A stretch of DNA of 64,000 nucleotides from Macrostomum hystrix (lineage: Eukaryota > Animalia > Platyhelminthes), in the NCBI GenBank assembly GCA_950097015.1, contig CATNEN010000001.1, positions 25,358,001 through 25,422,000 of the forward strand, given 5' to 3'. Under the pieces are notes generated by a model. The model did not search any database. It worked only from the letters and a program-made list of their open reading frames with translations, and was not told the origin of the DNA. Each line of letters begins with the position of its first letter. Position 1 is the stretch's first letter. Shown piece by piece: positions 62,885 through 64,000 of the stretch. The position numbers were made by a program, and so were the translations under genes.

Positions 62885-64000
62885 CCAAAATCTCACAAAC
62901 CCGAATCTCACCAGCACGAATCTCACCCACCTCAATCTCACCCACCTATATCTCACCCAACTAAATCTCACCCACCTAAATCTCACCCATTTCAACCTCA
63001 CCCACCTGAATCTCACCACCTGAGTCTCATCCACCCGAATCTCACCCACCTGAATCTCACCCACCTAAATCAAATCCATCTGAAAATCACAGACCCGAAT
63101 CTCACTCACCTAATCTCACCCATCACAGAACCGAATCCTACAGACCTGAGTCCTACAGAACAGAATCTCGATCACAGAATCGAATCTCACAGAACCGAAT
63201 CTCACAGAATCAAATCTCACAGAACCGAATCCCACAGACCTGAATCTCACAGAACCGAATCCCACAGACCTGAATCTCACAGAACCGAATCTCACAGAAC
63301 CGAATCCTACAGACCTGAATCCTACAGAACCGAATCTCACAGAACCGAATCTCACAGACCCGAATCTCACAGACCTGAATCCTGCAGAACCGAATCTCAC
63401 AGAGACGAATCTCACAGACCCGAATCTCACAGACCTGAATCCTACAGAACCGAATCTCACAGACCCGAATCTCAAAGAACCGAATCTCACAGAACCGAAT
63501 CTCACAGAACCGAATCTCACAGAACCGAATCCCACAGACCTGAATCCTACAGAACCGAATCTCAAAGAGACGAATCTCACAGAGACGAATCTCACAGAAC
63601 CGAATCTCACAGAACCGAATCTCACAGAACCGAATCTCACAGAATCAAATCTCACAGAACCGAATCCCACAGACCTGAATCTCACAGAACCGAATCCCAC
63701 AGACCTGAATCTCACAGACCTGAATCTCACAGAACCGAATCTCACAGAACCGAATCTCACAGAACCGAATCTCACAGAACCGAATCTCACAGAACCGAAT
63801 CCTACAGACCTGAATCCTACAGAACCGAATCTCACAGAACCGAATCTCACAGAACAGAATCTCACAGAGACGAATCTCACAGACCTGAATCTCACAGAAC
63901 CGAATCCCACAGACCTGAATCTCACAGAACCGAATCCCACAGACCTGAATCTCACAGAACCGAATCTTACAGAACCGAATCCTACAGAACCGAATCTCAC
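62885..64000. repeat. 15-bp minisatellite (gaatctcacagaacc), continuing past the window end
   Basis: 15-bp period with a degenerate left part (aatctcacccacct). Confidence 0.95.

Noticed and set aside
60903-64000. ORFs of 454, 382, 380 and 294 aa
   Set aside because: The 17-bp unit is open in all three frames and the 15-bp unit is stop-free; there is no coding evidence.

Overview
Eukaryotic (metazoan) genomic DNA with GT-AG introns. The poly-Ala/Gln coding style and very dense minisatellites suggest a free-living flatworm such as Macrostomum lignano; this is an inference and was not searched. Genes were assembled by hand from splice sites and reading phase. They are: the first exon of CIAO3/NARFL (minus strand, missed by the ORF track), head-to-head with a 5-exon PCF11; a single-coding-exon MGxCxSK acylated protein; a 9-exon secreted protein of about 1190 aa with a WSC/PAN-like module and 8 divergent C-type-lectin-like domains; a 2-exon SH3 protein with PP1-docking and PDZ-binding motifs; and a 5-exon Shaw/Kv3-type K+ channel whose last intron is almost entirely a 4.9-kb satellite. 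About 20 tandem arrays, two tRNA-derived SINE families (one CORE-like) and a small retro-insertion fill the rest. The most notable leads are a candidate intronic poly(A) site in PCF11 intron 1, minisatellites whose units are consensus TCF+helper, p53 and NR5A sites, a perfect RFX X-box upstream of an atypical (TVP, 7-charge S4) Shaw channel, and a probably coding 10-aa repeat. No CRISPR, rRNA or intact tRNA gene was found.
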